64,000 bases of DNA, taken from the NCBI GenBank assembly GCA_043803765.1, contig JAZDJQ010000001.1, forward strand, positions 1 through 64,000. Direction: 5' to 3'. This DNA comes from Candidatus Iainarchaeum sp. Lineage in GTDB: Archaea; Iainarchaeota; Iainarchaeia; Iainarchaeales; VGJJ01. Below are positions 1-9,382 of the stretch, piece after piece (position 1 is the first letter of the stretch; each line of letters opens with the position of its first letter). The translations under genes and the position numbers were made by a program. A model generated the notes under the pieces. The model was not told where the DNA came from. It saw nothing but the letters and a program-made list of their open reading frames with translations, and did no database searches.

Positions 1-294
1 ATCAAGTTTATTTATTTTTCCATCTTTGTTGGCATCTTTTACAATTTCCAATTTATATGCTGGTTTTCCATTTCCAAAATGAGTTGCTATTAATCTTTTT
101 AATCCAAGAAATTCAAAATTTAAAGAAAAATAGTTCCAGAAATTGCTTTCCTCTGGGTCATCACAATTACAAAAAACAATTTTATTTTTGAAGTGAGCTT
201 TGTAATGCCCAAGTTCTCTTTCAACGTCAGATAGTCGCGTATAAAATTCGTCTTTTTTTGAATCTTTTGCTTTGTGTAAATTGCCGTTTGCCAT
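1..294 (-). CDS. Adenine-specific DNA methyltransferase, EcoRI family (5' part; runs off window)
   Basis: Manual translation from ATG at 294: MANGNLHKAKDSKKDEFYTRLSDVERELGHYKAHFKNKIVFCNCDDPEESNFWNYFSLNF. DEFYT and CNCDDP..SNF are typical of M.EcoRI-like MTases. Not in the ORF track. Confidence 0.85.
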   Translation of the reverse strand, partial: MANGNLHKAKDSKKDEFYTRLSDVERELGHYKAHFKNKIVFCNCDDPEESNFWNYFSLNFEFLGLKRLIATHFGNGKPAYKLEIVKDANKDGKINKLD

Positions 295-295
295 T

Positions 296-445
296 TTAGA
301 TTCCTTTTTTTATTTTTTCGTCTAATTTCTGTTGGACAAATTTTGATAAATTTAGGGTTGATTTTTCGATAAACTCGGATTGGTCTTGTCTTACAGTAAT
401 GGTCTTTTTGACAAAGGGTTTTCCGTGTTTGGTTATTGGCATCAT
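296..445 (-). CDS. Small ribbon-helix-helix-like DNA-binding protein (49 aa)
   Basis: Manual translation MMPITKHGKPFVKKTITVRQDQSEFIEKSTLNLSKFVQQKLDEKIKKGI; strand-helix-helix pattern; stop abuts the MTase ATG. Confidence 0.65.
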   Translation of the reverse strand: MMPITKHGKPFVKKTITVRQDQSEFIEKSTLNLSKFVQQKLDEKIKKGI

Positions 446-492
446 GGGAAGAATACCTTTTGGTATATAATTGCGTTTTTAGCCATTATACT

Positions 493-550
493 TATGATAT
501 GTATCATACTACTTAATAAGCCTTTTGTAGTAATACGTATTATACGTATA
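493..550. promoter_or_regulatory. Palindromic operator-like sites between divergent RHH/MTase and transposase genes
   Basis: TATGATA-tg-TATCATA (493-508), TAATACGTATTA (531-542), TATACGTATA (541-550). Confidence 0.4.
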
Positions 551-562
551 AGGTGGTTGAAC

Positions 563-1741
563 ATGAACGCAAGAGAATCCAAAGGAATGGCTATCGCCAA
601 AGAGTCAAAAATCATTCAAGCAGTCGGAGGCTATATCGTCCCTTCACAATCAAGCAACAAGAACTATATCGTGCATGGCGAATCCTGCACGTGCCTTGAC
701 CATGAGAGCCGAGGAATGAAGTGCAAGCACGTTTTCGCCGTTGAATACTATCTCCAAAAAATAACCACCGAAAACGGGCAAGTCAAAGTGGAAACTAAAC
801 GATTAACCTATCCCCAAGCATGGAGCGCGTATAACAAATCACAGGAAACCGAAAAAGAACGATTCTTAGAATTACTCTATGACCTCGTTCAAAATGTTCC
901 TGAAAAGGAATATGTGTTTGGTCGCCCTCTCGTTTCAGAAAAAGATTTGCTATTTGCTTCGGTTCTCAAAGTCTATACGGGTTTTTCGTTGCGCCGTTTC
1001 ATGTCCGATTTGAGAGAGTGCGAAAAGAAAGGATTTATCTCAAAAGTCCCGTGCTTTGCGAGTATTGGTCATTTCATGCAACGAAAAGAGATTATTCCCG
1101 TTCTCCAAAAACTAATTTCATTATCGGCTATGCCTTTGCATAGTGTTGAGTCCAAGTTTGCAGTTGATTCAAGCGGATTTAGAACCACACGATTTAACGA
1201 GTATGCCAAACAAAAGCATGGGACAAAGAAGCATCACGAATGGTTGAAGGCGCACATTTGCACGGGAACAAAAACAAACATTATCGCCAGCGTTGAAATA
1301 ACGGGAGAGAACGGTGGCGATTCTCCCCAACTCATTCCACTAACCCAAAAAATAGTGGACAACGGTTTTAACGTGCTTGAATTGAGTGCGGATAAAGCCT
1401 ATTCTTCAAAAGCCAACCTCGAATATGTGGACGAACTCGGCGCAGTTCCGTATATCCCGTTTCGTCAAGGAACGAGCGGAAAACTGCGAGGTGGAAAATT
1501 TATTTGGCGTAAAATGTGGCTTTACTTTCAATACCACCAAGAACAATTCCTCCAACACTACCACGCAAGAAGCAACGTAGAAACAACCTTCCACATGATT
1601 AAATCAAAATTTGGGGACGCCTTGAAGGCAAAAAGTAGGGTTGCCCAAGTGAACGAACTCCTATCCAAGATTCTCTGTCATAACGTAGTCGTGGTCATCC
1701 ACGAGACTAACGAATTGGGCATAAAAGCCAATTTTGTGTAA
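563..1741 (+). CDS. DDE transposase (IS5/IS4-like) with N-terminal SWIM zinc finger
   Basis: CTCLD...CKH SWIM motif; VDSSGF, ADKAY and RSNVETTF catalytic motifs. Likely start ATG 563 after AGGTGG. Confidence 0.88.
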   Translation: MNARESKGMAIAKESKIIQAVGGYIVPSQSSNKNYIVHGESCTCLDHESRGMKCKHVFAVEYYLQKITTENGQVKVETKRLTYPQAWSAYNKSQETEKERFLELLYDLVQNVPEKEYVFGRPLVSEKDLLFASVLKVYTGFSLRRFMSDLRECEKKGFISKVPCFASIGHFMQRKEIIPVLQKLISLSAMPLHSVESKFAVDSSGFRTTRFNEYAKQKHGTKKHHEWLKAHICTGTKTNIIASVEITGENGGDSPQLIPLTQKIVDNGFNVLELSADKAYSSKANLEYVDELGAVPYIPFRQGTSGKLRGGKFIWRKMWLYFQYHQEQFLQHYHARSNVETTFHMIKSKFGDALKAKSRVAQVNELLSKILCHNVVVVIHETNELGIKANFV

Positions 1742-1797
1742 AAAGAGGCTATCGTGTGTAGAAAGAAGCCCCATTTAGGGACTTCTTACACAAAGCC
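563..1797 (+). mobile_element. Insertion sequence, right part; putative terminus at 1797
   Basis: Transposase followed by TTACACAAAGCC (reverse complement GGCTTTGTGTAA, resembling IS903-group ends). No matching left end found in the window. Confidence 0.5.
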
Positions 1798-1816
1798 GGA
1801 TAGAGGGGGTAACTCC

Positions 1817-2296
1817 TCACGAATGATGGGGTTGGGCGAATGGAATTGTTTTCTGAGGGAGTATCTTCCTCAAATCGCTTGTTTTCATCTTAATGCTCTC
1901 CGTTGTAAGACCAATATTGAACTCTGCCCATTCGTGGTCAAACACACTCTCATCGATATAGGTAGCCACTTGTTGTGCGTGCCCGAATGGAGGAACACTT
2001 CCAATTTCACATCCTGTTTTTTCTAATACTTTTTCTTTTTTGGCAAGTTGGAGTTTTTTGAATTTGAATCGTTTTTGTAATGCTTTCATATCGAGTTTCA
2101 AATCCGCTGCAAGCAATGCTAGGATCATCCCCCGTTCGGTTTCAAGAACCATTGCCTTTATTCCATTATGCAGTTTTCCTTTCCTTGCACGCATGGCCTG
2201 TTCACTCGTATAAACCGGTTCATGTACCATCTGTTCGAATGGGATTTTTTTCTCACGCAGGATAGCAAGAATGCAATCTCTTTCCGTCTGCCCCAT
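1817..2296 (-). CDS. YbaK/ProX-family aminoacyl-tRNA deacylase
   Basis: HEPVYTSEQA, KAMVL, GCEIGSVPPFG, FNIG motifs. Confidence 0.88.
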   Translation of the reverse strand: MGQTERDCILAILREKKIPFEQMVHEPVYTSEQAMRARKGKLHNGIKAMVLETERGMILALLAADLKLDMKALQKRFKFKKLQLAKKEKVLEKTGCEIGSVPPFGHAQQVATYIDESVFDHEWAEFNIGLTTESIKMKTSDLRKILPQKTIPFAQPHHS

Positions 2297-2302
2297 GTGG
2301 AA

Positions 2303-2557
2303 TCATTCGGCCGTATTCTTTTTATGACGCACTTTCAATACGGATAATTCTTCGCGTAGTTTTTTGTCCGAATGAAGAATTTGCTTGGCGAGTTTTCCAT
2401 TCAAATCAACCAATTCATTGTGCTTTTCTTCGAGTGATGTTAAACAGTGTGTGATTTGATGATTAGAATACCGTATGAGGTATACTGCCACAAGCATGGA
2501 GATGAGAAACAATCCCGCGGATACAATGATTTCGCCAGCAATCATAAGTAGTACCAC
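2303..2557 (-). CDS. Small membrane protein (TM + coiled coil), paralog of 2562..2825
   Basis: N-terminal TM helix, LIRYSN motif shared with its neighbour. Confidence 0.7.
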   Translation of the reverse strand: MVLLMIAGEIIVSAGLFLISMLVAVYLIRYSNHQITHCLTSLEEKHNELVDLNGKLAKQILHSDKKLREELSVLKVRHKKNTAE

Positions 2558-2561
2558 TCCT

Positions 2562-2825
2562 TCACCTGCTCTTAGATGTTACTGCCTCAGCAACGGGTTT
2601 GGTTTTGTTTTCATGAAGCGCGTGAATCTCTTTGCGGAAGCTGTCTTCATTCATAATGACAGTCTTTGTCAAGCGCGCATTGAGTTTCATCAGTTCCAAA
2701 TTCTTATCACGCAGGGAAGAAATGCTGCTCATTAATTGTTGATTGGAATAGCGAATAAGAAATACGGCGATCGCCATTTGCAGAACAAATAATCCAAGTG
2801 AGACCATCAACTCGGCGGTTACCAT
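2562..2825 (-). CDS. Small membrane protein (TM + coiled coil), paralog of 2303..2557
   Basis: AVFLIRYSNQQL vs AVYLIRYSNHQI; heptad pattern. Confidence 0.7.
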   Translation of the reverse strand: MVTAELMVSLGLFVLQMAIAVFLIRYSNQQLMSSISSLRDKNLELMKLNARLTKTVIMNEDSFRKEIHALHENKTKPVAEAVTSKSR

Positions 2826-2831
2826 TGCGCA

Positions 2832-4835
2832 TCACTCCCTTCCCAACCCAAGAAGGCGGGATATTAAAGGCTTACGCCTCAATTGTGCTCGTTCTTTCTT
2901 AGAATAGTAGCATTTAGCTAATCCGATGTGGGAAGGAAGCCACGGGGGAGCATGCACAAGCATAGGTGCAGGTGTTCTTCCTTTCTTTTTGTCGGATTCT
3001 TTCCAGCGGGCATAGAGGAGCCAGAAGAAGAATGATAGGAGAATGCCAATTCCTGCATATAATAATAGTAAAAGTCCTTCTCGTGATAATAGTGGTGCTT
3101 GTTCTTCCAGACTGTCGAGCATTGCAGCTAATTTGGTTATTTTAGCTGAAAGGTCTAATAGTTTCGTATTCAGCGTGGTGTATTCTCCTGCGAGAAACAT
3201 TCCTTTGACTTTGGCTAATTCTTGCTGAACGTCAAGCAGCATAATTGTTTCTTCGGATACATCGAATCCGCTTGTTTTCAATTCGTCCAATTTGTTATCA
3301 ATTTGGTCAATGCGCAATTCTAATTCGGAGATAACCTGGGCGTAATAATCATTAGGAGATTGTACATTGAAAAAGATTGTTTTTTCTTGTGTTACGCCAT
3401 ACGCGGTAACGTATACTACTAGAGAATGTTGTCCTATTTTTGCATCGAGCGGGAGGAAAGGAGAATAAGAAAGGGATTTTGATTCTCCTATATCAAGCGT
3501 GGTAGTAAAATTGGATTGTACATATTCTTCTCCGCCTATATCAAAAAGTGACCAGTCGATCTCGACATTTTTTTCTTGGAAATCACCACTATTAAGAAGA
3601 TTAATGACGAATGGAAAGCTTAGTCCAAGAGCGGTTTTGATGGAATTGGGCACTACATCTAATGTGAGGAGGTGTTCTCCCGTAACAGGAAAAGTGATCG
3701 TTTTAGTATCATAAAGAATAACCTCATTTATGGACCGCAGGGAAGCAGATACGATATGGTCGCCTGTCATGATGGGAATGAATCCTGCTTCTGCGACGAT
3801 AGTAGTTGGACTGAATGGAGCCACTGCCATGATCGTTTTTTTCCCAGTAGTAATAGAACCATCAGGCAACGTAATGGTGTACATGACCACGTAATCCGTA
3901 ATGATATTGGTGAGGTTTTGAACACTTATCATCAGTTGGGATGGCGCATTTTTACTAAGCGGTGGGTCAAATGTGATGGACAATAGTTGTGCTTTTTTTG
4001 CCGTTGAAGCACCGCCACCGCCTCCGCGTCCGCCACTCCCTCCCCCCGTGCCACTTCCACTAGTAGTAACTGTCCCAGTGCCTGTTGTTCCCCCCGTAGT
4101 TGTGGTTTCAACGGAGGTAAATGTTCCGGTTCCATTGTGAACATATTTTGAACCGCATGAGAATAGGCTGGATACGGTATAATCTCCTGCGGGGGAAGGG
4201 CCAAAAATAGCATGAACAAACTCTCCGTTGGGTAGTTGGTTCATGAGCGCGTTTGCATCGGCAACTGTTCCATCAGGATAATAGATGGTAGTGTTCGCAT
4301 TGATATCATATACCCGATTTCCGTCTACATTCGTTACTGTATTGCGAATGCTTCCTAACGCCCCAATGTTAATATCGAATCCATCGTTTAGAAAAGACGT
4401 TGTCCAATTAAGGTCTCCTAAATAAACATAGGCGTTGATATCACCCGACCCTGATCCTTGTTTGTATGCGTGCGCTTGAATGAAATATTCTCCGTTCTGG
4501 TCAAAATTATAAGAGAGAGTGTATACTCCGCTTAAGTCATTTGTAAAATTATAATCAGCCAAAGAATTATCCGGTTTGGTGATGGTGGCAAAAACATTTG
4601 CGTCAATAGCAGTCGTTCCAAAACTAGTACCAATAGCAGAAGCAGTAATGGTATGATTTCCTGTTGAGGAAGGACACGTGGTATAATTGAGCGAAACAAT
4701 ATACCCTGCTTCTAAGTGGGGGCTCCAGGTGGTAGTGGATTCAACAGCCGTTGCACTTACAAAAGGAGATAATGAGCAGAGTAAACCCATCAGTACCATC
4801 CACAGTATCCGCGTGTGAGTGCGAGCAATACGCAT
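2832..4835 (-). CDS. Secreted, C-terminally anchored multi-Ig-like surface protein
   Basis: Signal peptide, beta-rich domains, Thr/Gly linker, CARDB-like segments, coiled coil, TM helix with basic tail. Confidence 0.75.
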   Translation of the reverse strand: MRIARTHTRILWMVLMGLLCSLSPFVSATAVESTTTWSPHLEAGYIVSLNYTTCPSSTGNHTITASAIGTSFGTTAIDANVFATITKPDNSLADYNFTNDLSGVYTLSYNFDQNGEYFIQAHAYKQGSGSGDINAYVYLGDLNWTTSFLNDGFDINIGALGSIRNTVTNVDGNRVYDINANTTIYYPDGTVADANALMNQLPNGEFVHAIFGPSPAGDYTVSSLFSCGSKYVHNGTGTFTSVETTTTGGTTGTGTVTTSGSGTGGGSGGRGGGGGASTAKKAQLLSITFDPPLSKNAPSQLMISVQNLTNIITDYVVMYTITLPDGSITTGKKTIMAVAPFSPTTIVAEAGFIPIMTGDHIVSASLRSINEVILYDTKTITFPVTGEHLLTLDVVPNSIKTALGLSFPFVINLLNSGDFQEKNVEIDWSLFDIGGEEYVQSNFTTTLDIGESKSLSYSPFLPLDAKIGQHSLVVYVTAYGVTQEKTIFFNVQSPNDYYAQVISELELRIDQIDNKLDELKTSGFDVSEETIMLLDVQQELAKVKGMFLAGEYTTLNTKLLDLSAKITKLAAMLDSLEEQAPLLSREGLLLLLYAGIGILLSFFFWLLYARWKESDKKKGRTPAPMLVHAPPWLPSHIGLAKCYYSKKERAQLRRKPLISRLLGLGRE

Positions 4836-4886
4836 GCTCAGTGGAACGCATCCTCGTTAAATAGAGTGTGGGTTTCCTGTATACGA

Positions 4887-5864
4887 TTACTCGGTTACGG
4901 TGATTTCAAGGTCAATATAATTTCCGCTTGGAGTTAGAAACCCGTAGGGGGTGTACAATCCTGAATAGTCATCTGCCCATTTTTCATTAAGTTCTTTTGG
5001 TGGGGTAATAGGGTTAATACCAATTGTGTACACCCCGGGGGGGGTATTGGGTTTTACTGTTCCTTCTATGACAACTTTGGTGGCCCATGTAGAACTATAC
5101 TTTGGGAATGTTGGTCCGAGCAGGAAATATGGCTGCCCTGTTTGGTCTTCTGCAATTTTCAAATCAAAAAAATCGGTTCCCTCTTTTCCTGCAACAAGAT
5201 TTATTCCTACATAGTTCTGAATATTCCATCCATTCGTTACAAACACGGTAGCGGTAAACGTTTTTCTGCCAGACAATGAAACCGTGTCAAACTGTTTGTT
5301 AGGATACGTGAGCATGCCATAATCTCCCCAATATTGTAAGTTGGGCTGTGACCATGCCTTGAATGCATAGTTTCGATTAACGCCTGCTGTTTCTAAACCA
5401 TTAAAATAAAACTCGGGCTGTTTGTAATAACCCGGCCCAAGCGTTCCGATTTGATATAACCTGCCTATTTGTAAATCATACGCTACCTCTGCAAAATCGG
5501 CTGGAATGGGGGGTAGACTCAAAAAAATATCTTCTTCATTTGTAATATCACAGCAATCAAAGAAGAATTGTTTAGTTTGTTCGAGTGATTCGTTTCGATA
5601 AATAGAGGCTGATTCAAACAAATCATATTTCTCCCTGTTCACCGAGAAAACTTCTTTCAGGTATTTCGCTTTTGATAATTGTGTTTTGAGAGCATCGGAT
5701 GTTCCGGGAAGAGTAGGCGGAGTTAATGATGTACTTGCCCCTTCTATTGTAGAAGGAATCGTTTCTTGAACAGGGGGGGTTAACAAAAAAAACGCGGCCG
5801 CAACAACGAGAACAATTATTCCAACAACTATCAATAGCGAAAATGTCCCTTTTTTCGATTGCAT
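4887..5864 (-). CDS. Uncharacterised membrane-anchored protein, QPEF/GPTFP family (copy 1)
   Basis: N-terminal TM; LPPIP, YYKQPEFY and LLGPTFPKYSSTW shared with 40837..41652 and 43157..43948. Start taken at MQSKKG. Confidence 0.75.
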   Translation of the reverse strand: MQSKKGTFSLLIVVGIIVLVVAAAFFLLTPPVQETIPSTIEGASTSLTPPTLPGTSDALKTQLSKAKYLKEVFSVNREKYDLFESASIYRNESLEQTKQFFFDCCDITNEEDIFLSLPPIPADFAEVAYDLQIGRLYQIGTLGPGYYKQPEFYFNGLETAGVNRNYAFKAWSQPNLQYWGDYGMLTYPNKQFDTVSLSGRKTFTATVFVTNGWNIQNYVGINLVAGKEGTDFFDLKIAEDQTGQPYFLLGPTFPKYSSTWATKVVIEGTVKPNTPPGVYTIGINPITPPKELNEKWADDYSGLYTPYGFLTPSGNYIDLEITVTE

Positions 5865-5964
5865 ACCCACCCCTGTCTGCTCTTCTACCATACACGCATC
5901 ACCTATTTCCTAATCGGTATAAATCATTTCTAAATTAATAAACCTGCTCACTAAAGCAACAAAA

Positions 5965-6603
5965 TCAGCTGAAGTCGGACCCTAATTGGAATGTTGCATT
6001 GTGGTCACCCGAGCTAACAAATCCATTTCCGTCTCCTGAAAAACATAATTCTTGATTACCAAATGTGGCAAGATTGGTAACGACTCTCCCGCCCGCTGTT
6101 TCATTGAATTGATTGAAATTACGACAGGTAGAAGTATCGGGTGCGGTAGTCGAATCCCCCCCCGCAGACGCGGTGCAGTCTTTCTCCCATCCTTCCATTC
6201 CATTTACTCCACAACCCGTGCTTCCAAGCCACACTTTCAACACGACATTGATATCCGCGCCTGCAAAACCGGATGCAAAGTTTCCATCCACATTAGTAGT
6301 AGCGGTTCCCGTGTTGGCAACGGTCATTCCTGCTTGAGTAGCTGTCTGACAATTCGAATCCCCCGCTCGATTGGAGTGTGGAACGGTTCGTGCCCAGTTC
6401 CCATCGCTGTCCGCGTCATATTCCGCTTTCGATTCGGGAAAGAAGAATGCAGAAGAAGTACAAGGAGAACCATACGATACTGAAATAGATTTAGCCGTGG
6501 CCACGAACCATGTCATCGTCGTTTGGGCGACATTCGCAGCGGCAAACGGACCAAGCAAAAGGAAAAGTAAAAACACTCCGGATAGAATGGCAATGCGATT
6601 CAT
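5965..6603 (-). CDS. Secreted Cys-rich beta protein, putative fibre subunit (212 aa)
   Basis: Signal peptide ending AAA; six Cys; clearly homologous to 41649..42866. Confidence 0.75.
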   Translation of the reverse strand: MNRIAILSGVFLLFLLLGPFAAANVAQTTMTWFVATAKSISVSYGSPCTSSAFFFPESKAEYDADSDGNWARTVPHSNRAGDSNCQTATQAGMTVANTGTATTNVDGNFASGFAGADINVVLKVWLGSTGCGVNGMEGWEKDCTASAGGDSTTAPDTSTCRNFNQFNETAGGRVVTNLATFGNQELCFSGDGNGFVSSGDHNATFQLGSDFS

Positions 6604-6704
6604 ACTGAACAGGGTTGGTAGCCATTCGCTCTTTATAAATATCACGGTTGGGGAGATGGGCATAATTAAGTAGGATAAAAGAAATAGTGGAAAATAGGAT
6701 AAAT

Positions 6705-7856
6705 ATGCAGACTAAAAGTTGGGTGGATGCTGAAGAACACGTTGGAAAAGCCCTGGAGGGGGACCGGCATAAAGCCGTGAAAGCCGTTGCATTGCAAGGT
6801 GCCCAAATTAAATTCGTGATTCGAAAACTGCAGAGTCAGATGCATAAGGAAGACAATTTAGAAATAGTGAAAGGATTGGAATCATTTATTCCTCCAATGA
6901 ATGAAGATTTGCTTCTTGCGTATGCGTTGTCTTCTCCTGAGCGTTTTGAGAAAGAAATGATTCCCCTCCTTAAGGCATGGGGACGGCGCAATCCCAATTC
7001 ATTGATTGAAAAATGGATAGAAGAAATGGAAGAAGCGCTTCTTATCGCGCGCCGAGTAGTCGTACAAAATTTGTCGAAGCACCCCGGAATGAAACCCTAT
7101 CATTTGTTTCAACGAATAGGCGATGCAAAAGAGGAATTGATTGATATTGAAAGGAACGTTCAGGAGAATGAGGATAAGATTCATCGGATTGAGCGGGAGT
7201 TAAAAGAAGCGCGGGAGGAAAAAGAAACGCATTGGTCTCACCCTCGTGCGGAAACATTGCGTCGCCTGCTTGAATCGCGTGAGAAATTATTACAACGTAA
7301 GCAGGAATGGATAATCGGATGGAATAATGCATGGGAAAAAATTCGGCCGGTGCTGGAACGAATGGCGAATCATCCTGAAACGTTTGAGCGGTTGGAGAAT
7401 GCACAACTGCGTATGTTGCAATTGTATTTGGCTAATCCGGCTAATGCACGGCAACGCGATGTGCATGGAGCAGGATTGTTAATGTTGTTGCAATGGATGG
7501 TTCGCACTCTTGAAGAAAAAATTAGTTTTTCGCTTGCCGAGACTGCGGATATGCGGGATGCATTAGCAAGTGCTTTAGAAGATGGTATTTTTACCACTTT
7601 TTTTGAAAAGAATGCCGAATTAGACCATGCGATTGAATTGAATCAGCAGGAGTATATGGAATTACCATTATACAAGGTCATGCGCTCCGCTGAGATGAGA
7701 GAAGTAAGCGCACGGCAAGAATTGAATAAGATTAAATCAGCACACGCTCAAATCAAAGAAACCGTTCATTCAAAACAAGGAGAATTGAATGCATTGTTTG
7801 CAGAACTAAATGAGCATTGTGAACGTCACTTGGGTTTTTCAGTAGCGCGGGAATAG
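6705..7856 (+). CDS. Hypothetical coiled-coil protein
   Basis: Long E/K/L-rich helical ORF; no recognisable motif. Confidence 0.65.
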   Translation: MQTKSWVDAEEHVGKALEGDRHKAVKAVALQGAQIKFVIRKLQSQMHKEDNLEIVKGLESFIPPMNEDLLLAYALSSPERFEKEMIPLLKAWGRRNPNSLIEKWIEEMEEALLIARRVVVQNLSKHPGMKPYHLFQRIGDAKEELIDIERNVQENEDKIHRIERELKEAREEKETHWSHPRAETLRRLLESREKLLQRKQEWIIGWNNAWEKIRPVLERMANHPETFERLENAQLRMLQLYLANPANARQRDVHGAGLLMLLQWMVRTLEEKISFSLAETADMRDALASALEDGIFTTFFEKNAELDHAIELNQQEYMELPLYKVMRSAEMREVSARQELNKIKSAHAQIKETVHSKQGELNALFAELNEHCERHLGFSVARE

Positions 7857-8016
7857 TGGTGCCCCTCACCCCTAATGGTGGACTTCTTACGAAAAAAAAA
7901 CCAAGGTGCAAGAAAATACCAGCTGGTTAGATGCGTGGATTATTCTCCCTCAAAAAAAACTTGCTTATATCCCACGACCAATGTTGCGGATTTTAGCGAA
8001 CTATCAAACGATAAAA

Positions 8017-8691
8017 TTATTGAATTGATTCCACTTTGTCCACGAATTGGGAGAGTGTTTCTACTACGGCATGGTATTCTTCCGATTCAACCATTAGAAG
8101 GAGGCAGATGAGGTTTTCGCTTCGGTTTTTGGCAATAACAGTATGGCAGAATTTTTCAACGGCTTGAGTAGAATTGTATACTAAAAGAGTGGAAACCGAA
8201 TCAATGATTAGAAATTTCGAGTTGCTTGCAATCAGTTTTAGTTTTTCAGCTATGGCGAGATTAAGTTCAACGAGCGCGAGGGGTGAATCGAGAAATGTGA
8301 CATGCGGAAGGTCTACTGTTTCTCTTCCAGTAAGAGCAGTGATTACATCCACATACTTTACATTATCGGGCGCCGTTGAGAGTGTTTTGACTAAGTCTAA
8401 GTAAGGTTTGTTTATTGTCACGTATACTCCGGGCATATTCTTTGATTGGAAATAGGATAGTAGTGCGCATGGAGCAGAGGAATATTCTTTTACTGAAAGC
8501 AAAAATAATGTGGTTGTTCCGGGAAGCAAATTCCCTGCAGCCCCCTTAATTTTGGATTCGTATTCGTGCATCGGGCGGAGCAATTCTTGTAAGTCTTTTT
8601 CAGAAGAAGGATTTCTTTCAGGAGAAACGGGGACAGAAGTAGGAAATGGAGCAGGCGCTTTCTTGGGGAAGGATTTCATTTCAGAACACAC
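8017..8691 (-). CDS. Degenerate RecA/KaiC-superfamily ATPase-like protein
   Basis: GVYVTINKP and FLIIDSVSTL (Walker B-like); no Walker A motif. Confidence 0.7.
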   Translation of the reverse strand: MCSEMKSFPKKAPAPFPTSVPVSPERNPSSEKDLQELLRPMHEYESKIKGAAGNLLPGTTTLFLLSVKEYSSAPCALLSYFQSKNMPGVYVTINKPYLDLVKTLSTAPDNVKYVDVITALTGRETVDLPHVTFLDSPLALVELNLAIAEKLKLIASNSKFLIIDSVSTLLVYNSTQAVEKFCHTVIAKNRSENLICLLLMVESEEYHAVVETLSQFVDKVESIQ

Positions 8692-8772
8692 ACCCTTGCG
8701 TAATAAAAAAGAAGAGGTGGAAAAAAAAGAAAAGTGGAGGGGATGTTCCCCTCAACACTTGTTTTATTGTAT

Positions 8773-9234
8773 TTAGACGGTTCCGCGGCAGCTTCCTGTA
8801 GCGGTAACACCTGTCAACTGACCAGCATCATACGTGATGACGTATGTCAAACTGTATGATCCGGCTGACAATGCATTAGCAGGTGTCAACGTAAGTGTGC
8901 CCGTTTGATTGGGGCTCATAGTGGTGGATCCGCTTGGGGTAACGACTCCTGAAACATAGGTGGTTGCACCCGGATTTGTTCCAGTAATAGTAGCTCCAGT
9001 AATGGTGACACTCTGTCCAGTCTGATTCACGAGTACCAATTGCGATGAAGCAGTTGTCACTTGACTTTGACTCACTGTGAACGGTCCGAACTTGGCATCA
9101 CACTGATTTCCTTGTATCGTGCTGGGGTTGATCAAAACCACCAACGCGGCAACTGCAATCACGATAACGACTAATGCCCAGCCGTACGTCATCAGGTATT
9201 CCAGTGCCGATTGTCCTCGATTCCTGTAATTCAT
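8773..9234 (-). CDS. Type IV pilin (probable major pilin)
   Basis: Class III signal peptide NRG/QSALEYLMTYGWALVVIVI. Confidence 0.9.
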   Translation of the reverse strand: MNYRNRGQSALEYLMTYGWALVVIVIAVAALVVLINPSTIQGNQCDAKFGPFTVSQSQVTTASSQLVLVNQTGQSVTITGATITGTNPGATTYVSGVVTPSGSTTMSPNQTGTLTLTPANALSAGSYSLTYVITYDAGQLTGVTATGSCRGTV

Positions 9235-9382
9235 ACTACATTCTCCTCCTTTGCAAAGAAAGGTACTTGTCTACGCAAGGAAAGATGTGGCGATATTTAA
9301 AGGTGAGTATCTTTTCCTTGTTTATTGTGGGGGGGCTAATACCCCCTACCTATAAATGGCTGATTTGTTTTAGGAAACACGT

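Noticed and set aside
380-562. N-terminal extension of the transposase ORF
   Set aside because: TTG start overlapping the antisense RHH gene and promoter region; ATG 563 has an RBS and begins the recognisable protein.
4005-4110. G/C-rich low-complexity tract
   Set aside because: It encodes the Gly/Thr linker of the 667-aa surface protein.
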